Origin: Pristiophorus japonicus
Lineage: Eukaryota
Reading direction: 5' to 3'
NCBI RefSeq assembly: GCF_044704955.1
Contig: NC_091999.1
Span: 11,222,001 to 11,286,000 of the forward strand
Length of the DNA: 64,000 nucleotides
Under the pieces are notes generated by a model. That model worked only from the letters and a program-made list of their open reading frames with translations. It searched no databases and was not told where the DNA came from. Both the position numbers and the translations under genes were made by a program. This document shows, piece after piece, positions 13,390 to 27,399 of this stretch (positions within the stretch are counted from its first letter, which is position 1; each line of letters opens with the position of its first letter).

Positions 13390-16300
13390 TGATATTCAAT
13401 GTGATCTGCACACGAATCACAGAAAGTTAACATGCAGTTACAGCAAGCTTTGGAAGAAAAATCGTATGCTAACATTTATTCCAAGGCGTTACAGGGAAAG
13501 AGTTAGGAAATCTTGCTGCAAATGTATTGAGTTTTGGTGAGACCATACCGGGAGTACTGTGTTCAGTTTTGTTATCCTTATCGGAGGAAGGAAGTACTTG
13601 CCATAAATTCAACGAAGTTTCCCTAGATTTAATTCCTAAAAAGAAAAGGCTCTTCTATGAGGAGAGGTTTTGTGGAATCAGTTTATATTCTCTGCCGTTT
13701 AGAAGAATGAGAGGTGATCTCATTGAAAAGTATGAACTTTTTAGAGGTCTTGATTTGATAGATGTTGAGAGGTTGTTTCCCCTGCCTGGAGAATCCAGAA
13801 CTAGGGTTCATAAGGACAAAAGAACATAAGAAATATATGCAAGAGTAGGCCATTTGGCCCCTCAAACCTGCTCCACCATTCAATAAGACCATTACTGACC
13901 TGATCATGAGCTCAGCTCTACTTCCCTGCCCGCTTGCATTAACCTTTTACTCCTTTATCATCCAAAAATATGTCTATCTCCACCTTGAATAGATTCAATG
14001 TCCCAGCCTCCACAGATCTCTTGGGCAGTGAATTCCACAGATGTACAACCTGTTGAGGGAACAAATTCCTCCTCATCTCAGTTTTAAATGGGCGATATCT
14101 TATTCTGAAACTATAGCCCCTTGTTTGAGATTCCCCCATGAGTGGAAACATCCTCTCTGCATCTACTTTGTCGGGACTCCTTAGTATCTTATATATCTCA
14201 ATAAAATCACGTCTCATTATTTTGAACTCCAGTGAGTATAGGCCGAACCTGCTCAACCTTTCTTCACAAGTCAACCCCTTCATCTGAGGAATCAATCTTG
14301 TGAACATTGTCTGAACTGCCTCCAATGCAAGTATATCCCTGCTTCAATAAGGAGACCAATACTGTACGCAGTAGACTAGGTGTGGCCTCACCAGTAACCT
14401 GTACATTTGTAGCAGGAAATATCTGCTTTTATACTCGACCCCCTTTTAATGAAGGCCAACATTCAATTTGCCTTCCAGCTTATTTGCTGTACCTGTATAC
14501 TGACTTTTTATGCTTCATGTACAAGGACGCCCAGGTCCCTCTGTACTGCAGCTTTTTGTAATGTCCTCCATTTAAATAAGAATTTGCTTTTTCATTATTT
14601 CTGCCAAAGTGGACAACCTCACACTTTCCCACATTATACTCCATAGTCTCAGACTCCTCCCGGATCCGGGAACAATATCCTCGCATGGGTCGTGGGTGTT
14701 GCTAGTCCTGATGGGGAGGGTATGAATAAGCTTGGCAGCGTGGTGGGAAGTTGAGAGTAGATTCAGAAGGGAGATATACAACGATGGAATTGGATAGCAG
14801 CACATGTGAAAAGGATATTGTCGACAGGGGAAGGAAAGGCTAGAAAATAAACGGAGTTTGGCACTGCTAAATGGTGTATACTCAAAGCAATGAGTCCGCA
14901 GAATAATGCAGATGAATTAAGAGCACAGATAGACACTTGGGTGTATGATATTATAGCTATTACTGACACATGTCTGAAAGAAGGGCAGTTATGTCAGCTC
15001 GACATTCCTGGTTACTGGGTATTCAGATGTGAAAGAGAGATTTTTAAAAAGGAGGGGGTTGTTGCAACATTGATTAAACTATCAATTACAGCTGTGAGGA
15101 GGGATGATATGTTAGAAGGATCATCAAATAAGACAATATGGGTTGAATTTAAGAACGAAAAAGGGGCAATCACACTGATGGGAGTGAACCGTAGAGCCTC
15201 AAACAGTCAGAGAGAGACAGAAGTGCAAATCTGCAGGCACATTTCTGAGAAATGCAAAAACTTTTGGGCAGTAATAGTAGGGGATTTCTGCTACCCTAAT
15301 ATTAGCTGGGATAGATTAAGTGTGAAAGATATAGAGTGTGCTGATTTCCAAAAATGCATTAAGAAGAGTTTTTTAGCCAGTGTGTAGCAAGCTGACGAAG
15401 TGCGGGTTCTGTACTTAATTTTAGTGAACGAAGCTGGGCACGTGAAAGGGATATCAGTGGGAAAGCAAGTTGGTGCTAATGATCATAAATCAGTTAGAGT
15501 AAGGATCGTTCTGGAAAAGGACAAAGATAGACCAGGAATGACAATTCTCAATTGGAGGAATACCAAAGTGGATTGATAACAGCTTATTGAAGGTCAATCA
15601 TTGTCAGTGCAGTGAGATGCATTGAACGTGGAGATCCTGAAAGCAAGTTTGTTCCTTAAAAGAAAAAGGGTGGGACTAACAAATCTAGAGCATCCAGGAT
15701 GTCAAGCAGCATACAGGGTACGATACAGAAAAAAAGGTACGTTTATGACAGATACCGAGGGCTCAATACTGCAGAAACCCGAGAGGAGTATAGAAAGTGC
15801 AGGGGTGAAATTAAATAGGAAATTAGGAAAGCAATGAGATGAAAAAAAGATTGGCACGTAAATCTAGGTAAAGCCAAAGATTTTTTATAAATACATTAAG
15901 AACAAGTGGATAAAAAAGAGTAGAGCCTATTAGAGACCATAGAGGTAATCACTGTGTGGAGGCGGATGACGTAGGTGTGATTTTTAATGAATACTTTGCG
16001 TCTGTTTTCACAACATAGAGGTTTGAAACAGTCATTACAATCATTGAGGAGAAGTGTGAAATATTAGCTTCAGTAAACCCAGCGAGAGAGGAATTGTTAA
16101 CAGGTTTAGCAGATTTGAGAGTGGATAAATTCCCAGGCTCAGATGAAATATAACCCAGGCTGTGCAGAAAAACACATGTGGAAATAGCAGAGGCTCTGAC
16201 CATCATTTTCCTAACCTCTCTGGTTACAGGTGCCTGGAGGACTGGAGGACTGCTCGTGGTGTACCCAAGTTTAAAGAGAGAGAAAGGGACAGACAGAATA

Positions 16301-17970
16301 ATTACATGCCAGTAAGCCTAATTTCTGTGGTGGGTAAATGATTGGAATTAACTTTAACGGAGAGGATAAATCTTCATTGAGAAAGACACGGATTAATCAT
16401 GGATAGTCAGCATGGATGTGTTAAGGGAAGTTCGTGTCCGACTAACCTAATACACATTTTTGAGGAGATAAGAAGAAGGGTCAATCAGGGTAGTAATTTT
16501 GATGTAATGAAAATGGATTGAAGCAAGGTTTTGATGGGGTTCCACATGGAAGATTTTTCACGAAGGTATACGCCCATATCATCCAGGCCAACGTGGCAAG
16601 TTGGATATAAGTTTGGCCCAGAGGCAGGAACCAAACGGTAATGCTCGTTGGTTGTTTTTTGTGCCTGAAAGGCTGTTTCCAATGCGGTTCCGCAGGGAAC
16701 AGTTGTAGGTCCCTTGCCTTGTGTGGTAGATGTCAACGATTTAGATTTGATTGGGGGGGATATGATTGAGAAGGTTGCAGATGATACAAAAATTGTTCGT
16801 GTGGTTGGTAATGAGGAAGAAATATGTAACCTGCAGGAACATATCAATGAAGTGATTAGGTGGAAACGGCATTAGCAAATGTAATTCAAACCTGAAAAGT
16901 GTGAGGTACTGCATTTGGGGAGGCCGAACAAGGCAAGGTAATACACATTAAATGGTAGGAGACTGAGATGTGTGGAGGAAAGTAGGGATATTGGTGTACA
17001 TTTCCATGGATCACTAGCGGTAGCAGCCCGCACATATAATGTGGTTTAGAAGTCATACAGAATAGTTGCCTGATTAGAAGGCATACAGGATACTTGCCTT
17101 ATAGCTTGAACTTTATATAACACAAGTTGGGCCACTGCCAGAGTACTACATACAGTTCTGGTCACCACATTACAGGAACGTGACTGCACTAGAGAGGGTA
17201 CAGAGGACATTTGCAGGGATGATGCATGGACTGGAGAATTTTCCCCATGAGGAAAGATTGGATAGGCTTGGTTTGATTGCATTGCAGAAAGGAAGTTGAA
17301 GGGAAATCATATTGATGTGTATACAATGATGGAAGCGGGGGCTAAATAGTGTAAATAGGCGCACTTATTTCGCTTAGTGGAGGGGTCAACAACCAGGATG
17401 CATAGATTTAAATTAATTGGCAGACGGTTTAGAGGAGATTTGAAGGGAAAGGTTTTCATCCAGTTGGTGGTGAGAGTTTGGAATACACTGCCTGAGAGGT
17501 GGTTGAGGCAGAAACCCTCATACTACATAAAAAGTACTTGGATGTAAATTTGAATTTCCGCAACTTACAAGGCTATGGATCAAGAGCTGGAAAGTGGGTG
17601 AAGGCTGGATAGCTCTTTGTCAGGAGGTGGACTGTGCCGAAATGGTCTCCTTCCGTGCTGTAAATTTCTATGATTCTATGATTCACTGATAAATTCTCGG
17701 CCATTTATGTCTGCGGTGAGGAGCAATTTCTTCATTCACAAGATTGTGAAAATTTGGAATTCTCTACCCGAAAGCCCTGTGGTTGCTGAATGGTCGAGTA
17801 TGTTCAAGACAGAGATCTATACATTATTGGACAATAATAGAATCAATAGAAATGATATTTGGCCGGGAACGTGGATTTGATGTGCAAGTTCATCCATGAT
17901 CTTATTGAATGACGGAGCTGGTTCGATGGGTGGTGTGGTCTATCCCTGCTGCTATTACTTATGTTCTTAC
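13390..17970. mobile_element. CR1 cluster: plus 13390-13805, minus 13806-14645, long plus copy 14646-17685 (ORF1 end to tail), 3' fragment 17700-17970
   Basis: ORFs 13527-13829, 13939-14325 and 14890-15387 (APE: IAITDT, VGDFCYP). Tail ttctatgattctatgatt at ~17670. Confidence 0.88.
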
Positions 17971-19034
17971 CAAAGTAATTCCATTCTGATGGATTTTTCT
18001 AACTTTTCCCAGAGCCCTTTCCAACTATTTATCCAGCGGTCTCTCCCTGAAATTCCCTCCCAGTAAGTCTATATGTGTTTCTCGCCCTATCTCTCCCTGA
18101 ATCTTTTCTAATGTGTGTATATCTATTTCTCACTCAGTGTCTCTCAGTTACTAACAGATTTGAAAAGCAAGTAGGAACACCGCACCTCAAGAACTGCAGC
18201 CTTTCAAGAAGGCAGCTGAAAACCAACTTCTCAAGCGTAATTAGGAATGAGCAACAAATGTTGGCCCTGTCATCGACGCAGCCGTCCCGTGAAATAATAA
18301 TAACCATGCATGGGCCGACGGGTCGTGCTCGTTTACATCGATAGTCCTTTCGTGCAGTGAAAATATCCAAGTGTTTTTTTTCGATTCCATTCCCAGGAGA
18401 TTACATTCGATTAGCTGAGAGTAACTGTTGTAGAAGACGAGAATCGTCAATAATTTGTAACAATTGCAAACAGCGCATGTCACCTGTATCCCGGCGCTGC
18501 TGCACCAACATATCAGAAATCTCCCCACATTCATTTAAAATACTTCCTATGCAAAACTCATTTTATGAGCTCTATTTGAATGGTGGAGAAATACTAGCTA
18601 ACCTTCTGAGTCCCATCAGATATAATAGATCTCCATCCATTTTTCCTTTCTGCCTCCTCTGTTTTCAAAACGAAGTCCCAAAGGCAGATAGGTCAGTGCT
18701 TGACCCACAGCCCTATCAGACAGAGGGGACCTCTGCTCTCTGTTTGGGCGGAGTTACTTTAGTTGCCCGCCGGTAGTGCATGAGTTAACGTTAAACTTGG
18801 CAGCTTTTGTTCAAGACAATAAATGATAAAATGAGAAACCAGAGGGCGTGGTAGTTAGTACAAAGCGTCAGCACTTGCATTCTTCCTTGGCCCTCAGTGA
18901 GGATATAACAGATAGTTGTCATCATACCTGAAAATGATATAATCGATTGCACATCAGAATATCCCCGAAGTAATCGAGTTTCCAATAATATTCTTGATCG
19001 ACAAAGATAAACTAGGAACACGTATAAACTTGCT

Positions 19035-19449
19035 ATGAATGGAATTGTTACTTTCACGTTTTTACTTTAGGTGAGTGTTTTGTGCATTCGCTGTTAAAAT
19101 ATATATATTGTGATTAATTTTCCACCTCATTTCATCAGCAGTTATCAGCAGCGAGGCTATGATCCATCAATCACAGCGGGTGTTTGCACAAGATGGAGAG
19201 TCGATTGAAATCTAGTGCAATGCAAGCACCAGCGGCAGTGAGCACATCATCTTTTACAGACAACTACAGAACCATGCCCTGAAATGTATCATATCTGCTA
19301 TCCAGGGCAACACCACTGACGGACGATTCCGACACTTCATTGCCCCAACAAGAAGTTACAACATTCTCGGTATGCACAGAACCACGGTATCAGACGCTGG
19401 AGCAGTTAGGCACCGTCAGGCAAAGACTGAGCGCTCTAGTACAATACCT
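19035..19449 (+). pseudogene. TCR V pseudogene (family copy 1 of 3)
   Basis: Leader MNGIVTFTFLL with a stop before gtgag. Exon QDGESIEI*C...FYRQ...DGRF...SDAG lacks the YYC. RSS caccgtc(19411)-23-acaatacct. Confidence 0.88.
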
Positions 19450-19981
19450 CCTGCTGGTTTCTGTTCGATAATGGCTACATCGCTTATCTCCTCTGCTGCT
19501 GGTTTTGACTGCTCTGTGAGGTACATTTCCACAGTCTCAAATCCTCCTGGAAGGAAAGTGTTAATCAGACTACACTGAATGTGTTGACTCCTCTGTGTGG
19601 TACAGTGACACAGGCTACAATCTGCAAGGTACGAGTGATATAGAGATTAACGTGGTTACAAATACCCAACGCCAGGAATGTCCCGTTAGAGAGTCACTCT
19701 CACAAAGTGTTGACGTTTACCTTAATGCCCTCCATAGGGAGGAGACATACTTGCTGGTCCTTCGACCACTGACTTGTCCGGATATCAACTGGAGATGAAA
19801 AATATACATTTCCAGTCAATCCAAGAACAGCAAATCCAAGTGACAGAGACGTTAACAGGGAGGCGCTGACTTTACACAGCCGCCTGTTCATTGTCTTTAC
19901 TCGGTTTGGGGTCTTGTGATGCGAGCCGTGTGCCGCTTTCTTCTTGACATTGTAATTGCCAGGATGTATTATTCGGTAGAA

Positions 19982-20428
19982 ATGAATCTATTGCCCGTTA
20001 TTCTGCTGCTGCTAACACGTAGGTACAGGAGTTGAGCTCAATAACCCGCAGTGTGTTTTTAGTCAAGTTGCTCCAGTGTTTTATTATCTCAATGTTTTCA
20101 CAGGTCGGTGTCTCGGACCAAGTGCTGCAGTCTCCCGCTGTGGTAAGAGTCTAGATCGATGAGTCTCTGCACACTATTTGCAGCTATGACACTCGCAGCT
20201 TTTATGCCATGCACTGGTACAAACATAAATCCAGTCAGGCAATCGAGTGGGTAATAAGGCGGGTATTGGCTGGCAGGCAGAGCAGGGGTCGATTTGAATT
20301 GGATCTTTATACTGTAAACAAACGCGGCCAATTGGTCATTATAAGCAAGGAGAGCTCAGATACCGCTGTGTATTACTGTGCGATAGATTCACACTGATAG
20401 AAATTGCTGCAGTCTCTGTACAAATACC
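19982..20428 (+). pseudogene. TCR V pseudogene with in-frame stop and good 23-RSS
   Basis: Leader MNLLPVILLLLT. Exon DQVLQSPAVVRV*IDESLHTICSY...MHWYKH...GRFELD...SDTAVYYCAID. RSS cacactg(20390)-23-acaaatacc. Confidence 0.9.
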
Positions 20429-21716
20429 TTCGTCTTGTTTACAGTCCCGCAACAGCTGCAGCAATCTCTGTAATGATGCAGGGCAGGCAAAGTGGGTCAG
20501 AGGGAGAGCAGCAGACGGAAGCTGTGGAAGGGGCTGCCGAATGCAATGTGTCTGCAAAGGTTGTCTCTACAATTCCCATTTAACAGCGGGTTTCATCAGA
20601 GATATTGACAGTCAAAACATAAAGTATCTATAGGTGGAGCCAGTCACACAATGGGTGCAGTCTTTGGTGTGAGGAATGCTTCAGCATTGGCTAATAGTTG
20701 GATGATATTCAACGGGCTGGAATCCCTCACAATGATTGTTTTTCATTTTGTGCCGGTTTGTGACGATACATCGAGAACATTAGGTTCATTCTCCGGGAAC
20801 ATTCATGTTCACACTGACCTTTCCGCTCTGTGCATTGGATTTGCTGTTGTCGTTATTTCTAATGAAATAGTCAACGCATTCTACAAGATTGTGGGTGTGA
20901 TTAGAAAAAACAAATTTCAGCTAACATTTTCACAGAGAGACCAGGGGAAACCTTCCCCCTGTGTGTCCCCAGCAGAAGGTTAGTGGAACCTGAACCCGCG
21001 TCAAGCATGCCAGACTGATTGATGACTGTGAGTGAAATAAACTGAACATCTACCTTTACATTCAAGCCGATATATTGCAAGTTCGAGATAATATCATAAC
21101 GCCATCATCCGATTGTGTTTGTAATTTTTCGCAAGGGAACATGACCCCTTCTGCAATTGCCTGCTGAAACGGTTCTACCTCTGCCTGAAATTAACAGCAG
21201 GTGCTACTCTCCGGTGGTGATATCAATGACATGGGATGAAATATGGTGGTTATTGACATGGGACAAACTCCATATTCGGGTTTCACTACTGTCTCTCGGC
21301 CTGTGTCCTTCATTCAAGCTTTCAACATTAAACACATTTTTTCAAATGGCAGCTTTACAAAACGACCAACTCCTTCCATCTCATTTGCTTTAATATTTTC
21401 ATATCCGCAAATAATTCTAAAGCGTTGGATGGAGAGATTGTGACGATGATTTGCAGACAATACAAGACGCGGTGTTGATTGGGTGGGGGCCGGGCACGTC
21501 TTTGCTAAACACCACGAACGTCAATACAGATATAAACAAAGTCCTAATGTAAATGGATTTAAAGGAATTAAAGTGTCAAAGGAAGAAAATTGGACCGCGC
21601 CATGAGGGCGCAGCGAGATATATATGAGCACGGCGCCCTCTCGTGGATATGATGAGAACTGTCACACTGTTTGGATACTGGGTGAAAACAGTAAGTGTAT
21701 CAAGTGTGCAGTTTAG

Positions 21717-24700
21717 AACGTAAGAACATAAGAATTAGGAACAGGAGTAGGCCATCTAGCCCCTCGAGCCTGCTCCGCCATTCAATAAGATCATGGCTGA
21801 TCCGGCCGTGGACTCAGCTCCACTTACCCGCCCTCTCCCCGTAACCCTTAATTCCTTTATTGGTTAAAAATCTATCAATCTATGACTTGAACACATTCAA
21901 TGAGCTAGCCTCAACTGCTTCCTTAGGCAGAGAATTCCACAGATTCACAACCCTCTGGGAGAAGAAATTCCTTCTCAATTCGGTTTTAAATTGGCACCCC
22001 CGTATTTTGAGGCTGTGCCACCTAGTTCTAGTCTCCCCTACCAGTGGAAACAACCTCTCTGCCACTATCTTGTCTATCCCTTTCATGATTTTAAATGTTT
22101 CTATAAGATCACCCCTGATCCTTCTGAACTCCAACAAGAAAAGACCCAGTCAACTTAATCTATCATCATAAGGTAACCCCCTCAACTCCGGAATCAGCCT
22201 AGTGAATCCTCTCTGTACCCCCTCCAAAGCTAGTATATCCTTCCTTAAGTTAGGTGACCAAAACTGCACGCTGTACTCCAGGTGCGGCCTTACCAATACC
22301 CTATACAGTTGCAGCAGGACCTCCCTGCTTTTGTACTCCATCCCTCTCGCTTGAAGGCCAACATTCCATTCGCCTTCCTGATTACCTGCTGCACCTGCAA
22401 ACTAATTTTTTGGGATTCATGCACAAAGATGGAGATGGAGCACGCGGTGTCCACCGGTACGCTCGCGGCCTTCCGCGAGAGGTGGGCACCGGAGGGACTG
22501 GAGTGCATTATCACGCCCGGCAACCAAATTTTAATTTGATTTTATGTTTTTAAGTTAATTTATTTTAATTGCCGGTGCTTTTAGTGTCCCCCTCCCCTTT
22601 TATAGGGGGCACTTGGAGAAAAATATGTTTTTGTGCCCAAAAAAAACCCAAAAAATACCACAAAAAAATAAAAGGGCCTGTAAATGTCTGGTGTTTCCCC
22701 CAGATCGGGGGGGCACGGTTTATTATTTTTTGTTTACTCCCAAAAAGAGTTTCATGCACAAGGACCCCCAGGTCCCTCTGCACCTCAGCACGTTGTAATT
22801 TCTCCCCATTCAAATAATATTCCCCTTTACTGGGTTTTCTCCCAACGTGGATGACCTCACACTTTCCGACATTGTATTCCATCTGCCAAACCTTAGCACA
22901 TTCGCTTAATCTATCGAAATCTCGTTGCAGCCTCTCTGAGTCCTCTACAAAAACCGCTTTCCTACTAATCTTAGTGTCATCTGCAAATTTTGTTACACTA
23001 CACTCTGCCCCCTCTTCCAGGTCATCTATTTATATTGTAAACAGTTGTGGTCCCAGCACCGATCCCTGTGGCACACCACGAACCACCGATTTCCAACCCG
23101 AAAAGGACCCATTTATCCCGACTCTCTGCTTTCTGTTCACCAGCCAATTCTTTATCCATGCTAATACCTTTCCTTTGATGCCGTGTACCTCTATCTTCTG
23201 CAGTAACCTTGTGTGTGGCACCTTATCGAATGCATTTTAGAAATCTAAATACACCACATCCATCGGTACACCTCTATCCACCATGCTCGTTATATCCTCA
23301 AATAATTCCAGTAATTAGTTAAACATGATTTCCGCTTCATGAATCCATGCTGCGTCTGCTTGATTGCACTATTCCTATCTAGATGTCCCGCTATTTCTTC
23401 CTTAATGATAGTTTCAAGCATTTTCCCCACTACAGATGTTAAACTAACCGGCCTATAGTTACCTGCCTTTTGTCTGCCCCCTTTTTTAAATATATGCGTT
23501 ACATTAGCTGCTTTACAATCCGCTGGTACCTCCCCAGAGTTCAGAGAATTTTGGTAGATTATAACGAATGCATCTGCTATAACTTCCACCATCTCTTTTA
23601 ATACCCTGGGATACATTTCATCAGGACCAGGGGACTTTTCCACCTTGAGTCCCATTAGCCTGTCCAGCACTACCTCCGTCGCGTTAGTGATTGTCTCAAG
23701 GTCCTCCCCTCCCACATTCCTGTGACCAGCAATTTTTGGCATGGTTCTTGTGTCTTCCACTGTGAAGACCGAAGCAAAATAATTGTTTAAGGTCTCAGCC
23801 ATTTCCACATTTCCCATTATTAAATCCCCCTTCTCACCTTCTAAGGAACCAACATTTACTTTAGTCACTCTTTTCCTTTTTATATATCTGTAAAAGCTTT
23901 TACTATCTGTTTTTGTGTTTTGCGCAAGTTTACCTTCGTAATTTATCTTTCCTTTCGATATTGCTTTTTTAGTCATTCTTTGCTGTTGCTTAAAATTTTC
24001 CCAATCCCCTAGTTTCCCACTAAACTTGGCCACCTTATACGCATTGGTCTTTGATTTGATCCTCTCCGTTATCACCTTGGTTATCCACGGCTGGTTATCC
24101 CTTCTCTTGCCGCCCTTCTTTTTCACTGGAATATATTTTTGTTGCGCACTATGAAAGAGCTCCTTAAAAGTCCTCCACTGTTCCTCAATTGTGCCACCAT
24201 TTTGTCTTTGTTTCCAGTCTACTTTAGCCAACTCTGCCCTCAGCCTACTGTAGTCCCCTTTGTTTAAGCATAGTGCGGTCGTTTCTGAGACAACTTCCTC
24301 ACCCTCAATCTGCATTACAAATTCAACCATACTGTGATCACTCTTTCCGGGAGGATCTTTTACTAGGAGACAGTTTATTTTTCCTGTCTCATTACACAGG
24401 ACCAGATCTAAGGTGGCTTGCTCCCTTGTAGGTTCTGTTACATACTGTTCTAACAAACATTCCCGTAAGTATTCTATGAATTCCTCCTCCAGGCTACCCC
24501 ATGCGATTTGATTTGACCAATCGATATGTCGGTTAAAATCCCCTTTGACTACTGCCGTTCCTTTTTCACATGCCTCCATTATTCCCTTGATTATTGGCCG
24601 CCCCACCGTGAAGTAATTATTTGGGGGCCTATAAACAAAGCAGACCAGTGACTTTTTGCCCTTACTATCTCTGATCTCCACCCACAATGATTCTACATTT

Positions 24701-24808
24701 TGCTCATTGGAGCGAATATCGTCCCTCACAACTGCCTTGATATAATCCTTTATTAACAGAGCTACCCCACCTCATTCTCCTTCTTGTCTATCTTTCCGAA
24801 TCGTCAGA
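21717..24808 (-). mobile_element. Young CR1 LINE with most of ORF2
   Basis: 479-aa ORF 23290-24729 (APE to RT start) plus further RT ORFs. taagaacataagaa tail at ~21720. Confidence 0.95.
22427..22750 (+). mobile_element. 5'-truncated non-CR1 LINE 3' end (L1/Tx1-like) nested in the CR1, with an 11-bp target-site duplication (TSD)
   Basis: TSD ttcatgcacaa at 22416-22426 and 22751-22761. ORF end EHAVSTGTLAAFRERWAPEGLECIITPGNQILI*, then a T/A-rich 3' UTR. Confidence 0.75.
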
Positions 24809-25744
24809 TTTGCAGCGCCCATTTTTGGGAAGATGTGTTGCGCTGATGGTGATGGTGAATGTCAAGCCTTATACATCAATAATTATGTGGACAGAATTAT
24901 TAATCAAATGAATTGGAGCTTGGAAATTCAAAGTTTCCGCTGGAAAATTTGATCCATTCTGATCTGCACGATAAACAACAACCCCAAACCCGAATTCACA
25001 ACAATTGAAATCCATTTCCTTTCAGTTCAACTTGTGCCGAATGCATGTGATCTTTGTGCACAAGCTCTAGAGAGTCAGGATGTTTTTCCTGCCGCATTTT
25101 CCGATTCTAGCACAAATTAGGTATATGCCAGGCCTGCCACAACAAGCCTCAAACCCTTCCCCGTTATTTTCAAGTCCTTCCCATCCAAAACCAAAAGCCG
25201 CCTTTACTCGTTTTATTGTCTCTATTTGAACGGGGGAGAAATAACAGCGTTAAGCCAACTGATCTTCACAGTCAAAATAAGACACAGTCGAAATCCATCC
25301 TTTCTATCACCACGACATTCCAAATGAACTCCCGCAGCGTGAATTGTCTGTGTCTGACAAACTTACCCACCCAGTCCCCCATCAGATGTAGCGGAGACCT
25401 TCATCCCCCTCTGCCTGTGCTAAATTAGAACCCTGATCCCAGAGAATGAAACGTCATTATCTTACCCACCATTACTGCACGAAGTTAACGGTGACCTTAG
25501 CTGCTTTTGCTCAGGAGGATCAATGAATCATGGGGAATGTCAAGACGAATAAAGCGTGAGCACTTGCATTGCGCTCTGACCTTCAGTGAAGATGTAAAAT
25601 ATATGTAGCATCATACCGCGTAGAAAAGTACAAAATCGATTGCACGTTAGAATAACCCGGAATAATTCGATTTTCCAGTAATTATCTTGATCCACCGTGC
25701 GCTGAAATCAGGAAAACACAAAGAATGAAATTTAAACTTTCACT

Positions 25745-26091
25745 TTTTTGGTTTTTGTTAGTGTTTTGTGCAGAAAAGTATTATTCGTAAAAACATATTT
25801 CTTCTCTCTAATTTTCTGTCTCTTTTGTATTGTTAGTTATGGGCGGCGAGGCTGTGATCCATCAACCACAGCAGATATTTGCACGAGGGAGAATCGATTG
25901 AAATCCAGTGCAATGCGAGCAACAGCGGCTCTGATGGCAATGCCACTGACGGACGATTCAAACTCTTCATTGACACAACAAGGAGTTCCAACATTTTATG
26001 TATGGACAGCATCGTGGTCTCAGACGATGGAGTGTATTACTGAGCACTGAAGCACCATGAAACAATAGCTGGGCGCTCCAGTACATTATCT
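25745..26091 (+). pseudogene. TCR V pseudogene (family copy 2 of 3) with an internal deletion
   Basis: Paralog of 19035 and 42498, with the C-strand region deleted. SDDGVYY*. RSS caccatg(26053)-23-acattatct. Confidence 0.85.
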
Positions 26092-26844
26092 CCTGCAGGT
26101 TCCCATCAGACAATCTTAATACCCTTTCTCTGCTTCCAGAATGTGTTGACAGCTTTGTGGTGTACAGTTCCATTCATCCGAGAAGGAAAGGACTGATCAG
26201 ATTTTCCTTCAAGATGTTGACTCTTTTGTGCTGTACATTTCCACAGGCTCTGTTCATCTTGCAAGGGGATGGTTACTCAGACTGACCTGAATCCTATTAC
26301 TTTTATTTTGCTACTGATTTCTGATCATGTTGTAATTCATTTAATTCACATAATTGATGGCTTTTATCAAATTTATCACATCCTTGTGTTCAAATCGCTC
26401 AGGAACCGCTGGCCTTCTATATCCCCTTATCTATTGCTTGTCGGTATTTCTCACAGTAAGTGAGCAGCTATTTTAATGGAAGACTCCTGGAATGATAAAA
26501 TAAGTAAAGTATCTATTTCCCTTCACTGCTACTCCCTCACCTGCTAAAGAGCCAACATTGAGTTTAATTCCCTTCCAGTTCCATGTTGTGAGGAGAACAA
26601 CTTCACTCTGTTCCGCGCTGCATGCTGTGATGTATTAAGTTGGAGAAGAAAGGGGCTGGGAGCAAATTCGTTGAATTGGAAAGCAAAGGACACGTGAGCT
26701 CATTGGATATCACCTGCTGACTCTGCCAGGAATGAACCAATCAGCAAAGACACCGGATATGAATCAACATCTTCGCAACTCTTGACGAAAATAATTTCAG
26801 GTTCAACCCGTTCTGTTCAAATCTGCCATGTACTATCTGTAAAC

Positions 26845-27399
26845 ATGTTTGGTGTGACTTTTTACTCAGCCGTCACAGCTGCAGCTCTCTTAACTGGTAA
26901 AATTTAAAGTTACACAATCTTCCTCTTCCAGGTGTCACTGACAACCTTTTAACTGTGTTTTATCACTATTTGCAATGTATTCCATCGCATGATGATTTAG
27001 TTATAATTAAATTATAATAATTAGTTAAGATTTTGCATTTATACATGTCTGCAGGTGTCAGCGGTGCAGACTCCGTCTCACAGCCGCCGGTTAGAGCGAT
27101 GCAGTTTGAAGGAGACTCGGTGAGAATTATTTACAGCTATATTACCAATGCTGGTTCGAATTCCACACAACTGTACCGTCAGGACCGGGACAAAGGTCCC
27201 AAACCCTAATCTACAGTCCTTCCTATGGGGATGTTGTCAGAGCAGTGGGCACTGGGGCTCTATTTTCTGCATCTCTGGACAGATCGAAAAGTGAGGGGAA
27301 CTTCACCATCGGCGGCCTGCGGCTGACTGATAGTGCGGTGTATTACTGTGCGCTGAAGGACACAGTGATCGGCACCAGAGGGTGCCTCGTGCAATAGCC
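26845..27399 (+). pseudogene. TCR V with one frameshift; lacks the first Cys and the core Trp
   Basis: Leader MFGVTFYSAVTAAALLTG|gtaa. Exon from 27055 DSVSQPPVRAMQFEGDSVRIIYSY...QLYRQD(fs)...FTIGGLRLTDSAVYYCALK. RSS cacagtg(27361)-23-gcaatagcc. Confidence 0.9.

Larger units (their letters stand above)
11196..19620. repeat. Direct duplication block A (partner ~33020-43120)
   Basis: Unique sequence 12770-13400 matches 34590-35240, and 18040-19560 matches 41460-43080. CR1 nesting order is the same in both copies. Confidence 0.9.

Noticed and set aside
20930-21190. Possible minus-strand V remnant (acceptor, AEG..FPC, cacaggg)
   Set aside because: No WYxQ or YxC motif and no nonamer, so it is too weak to call.
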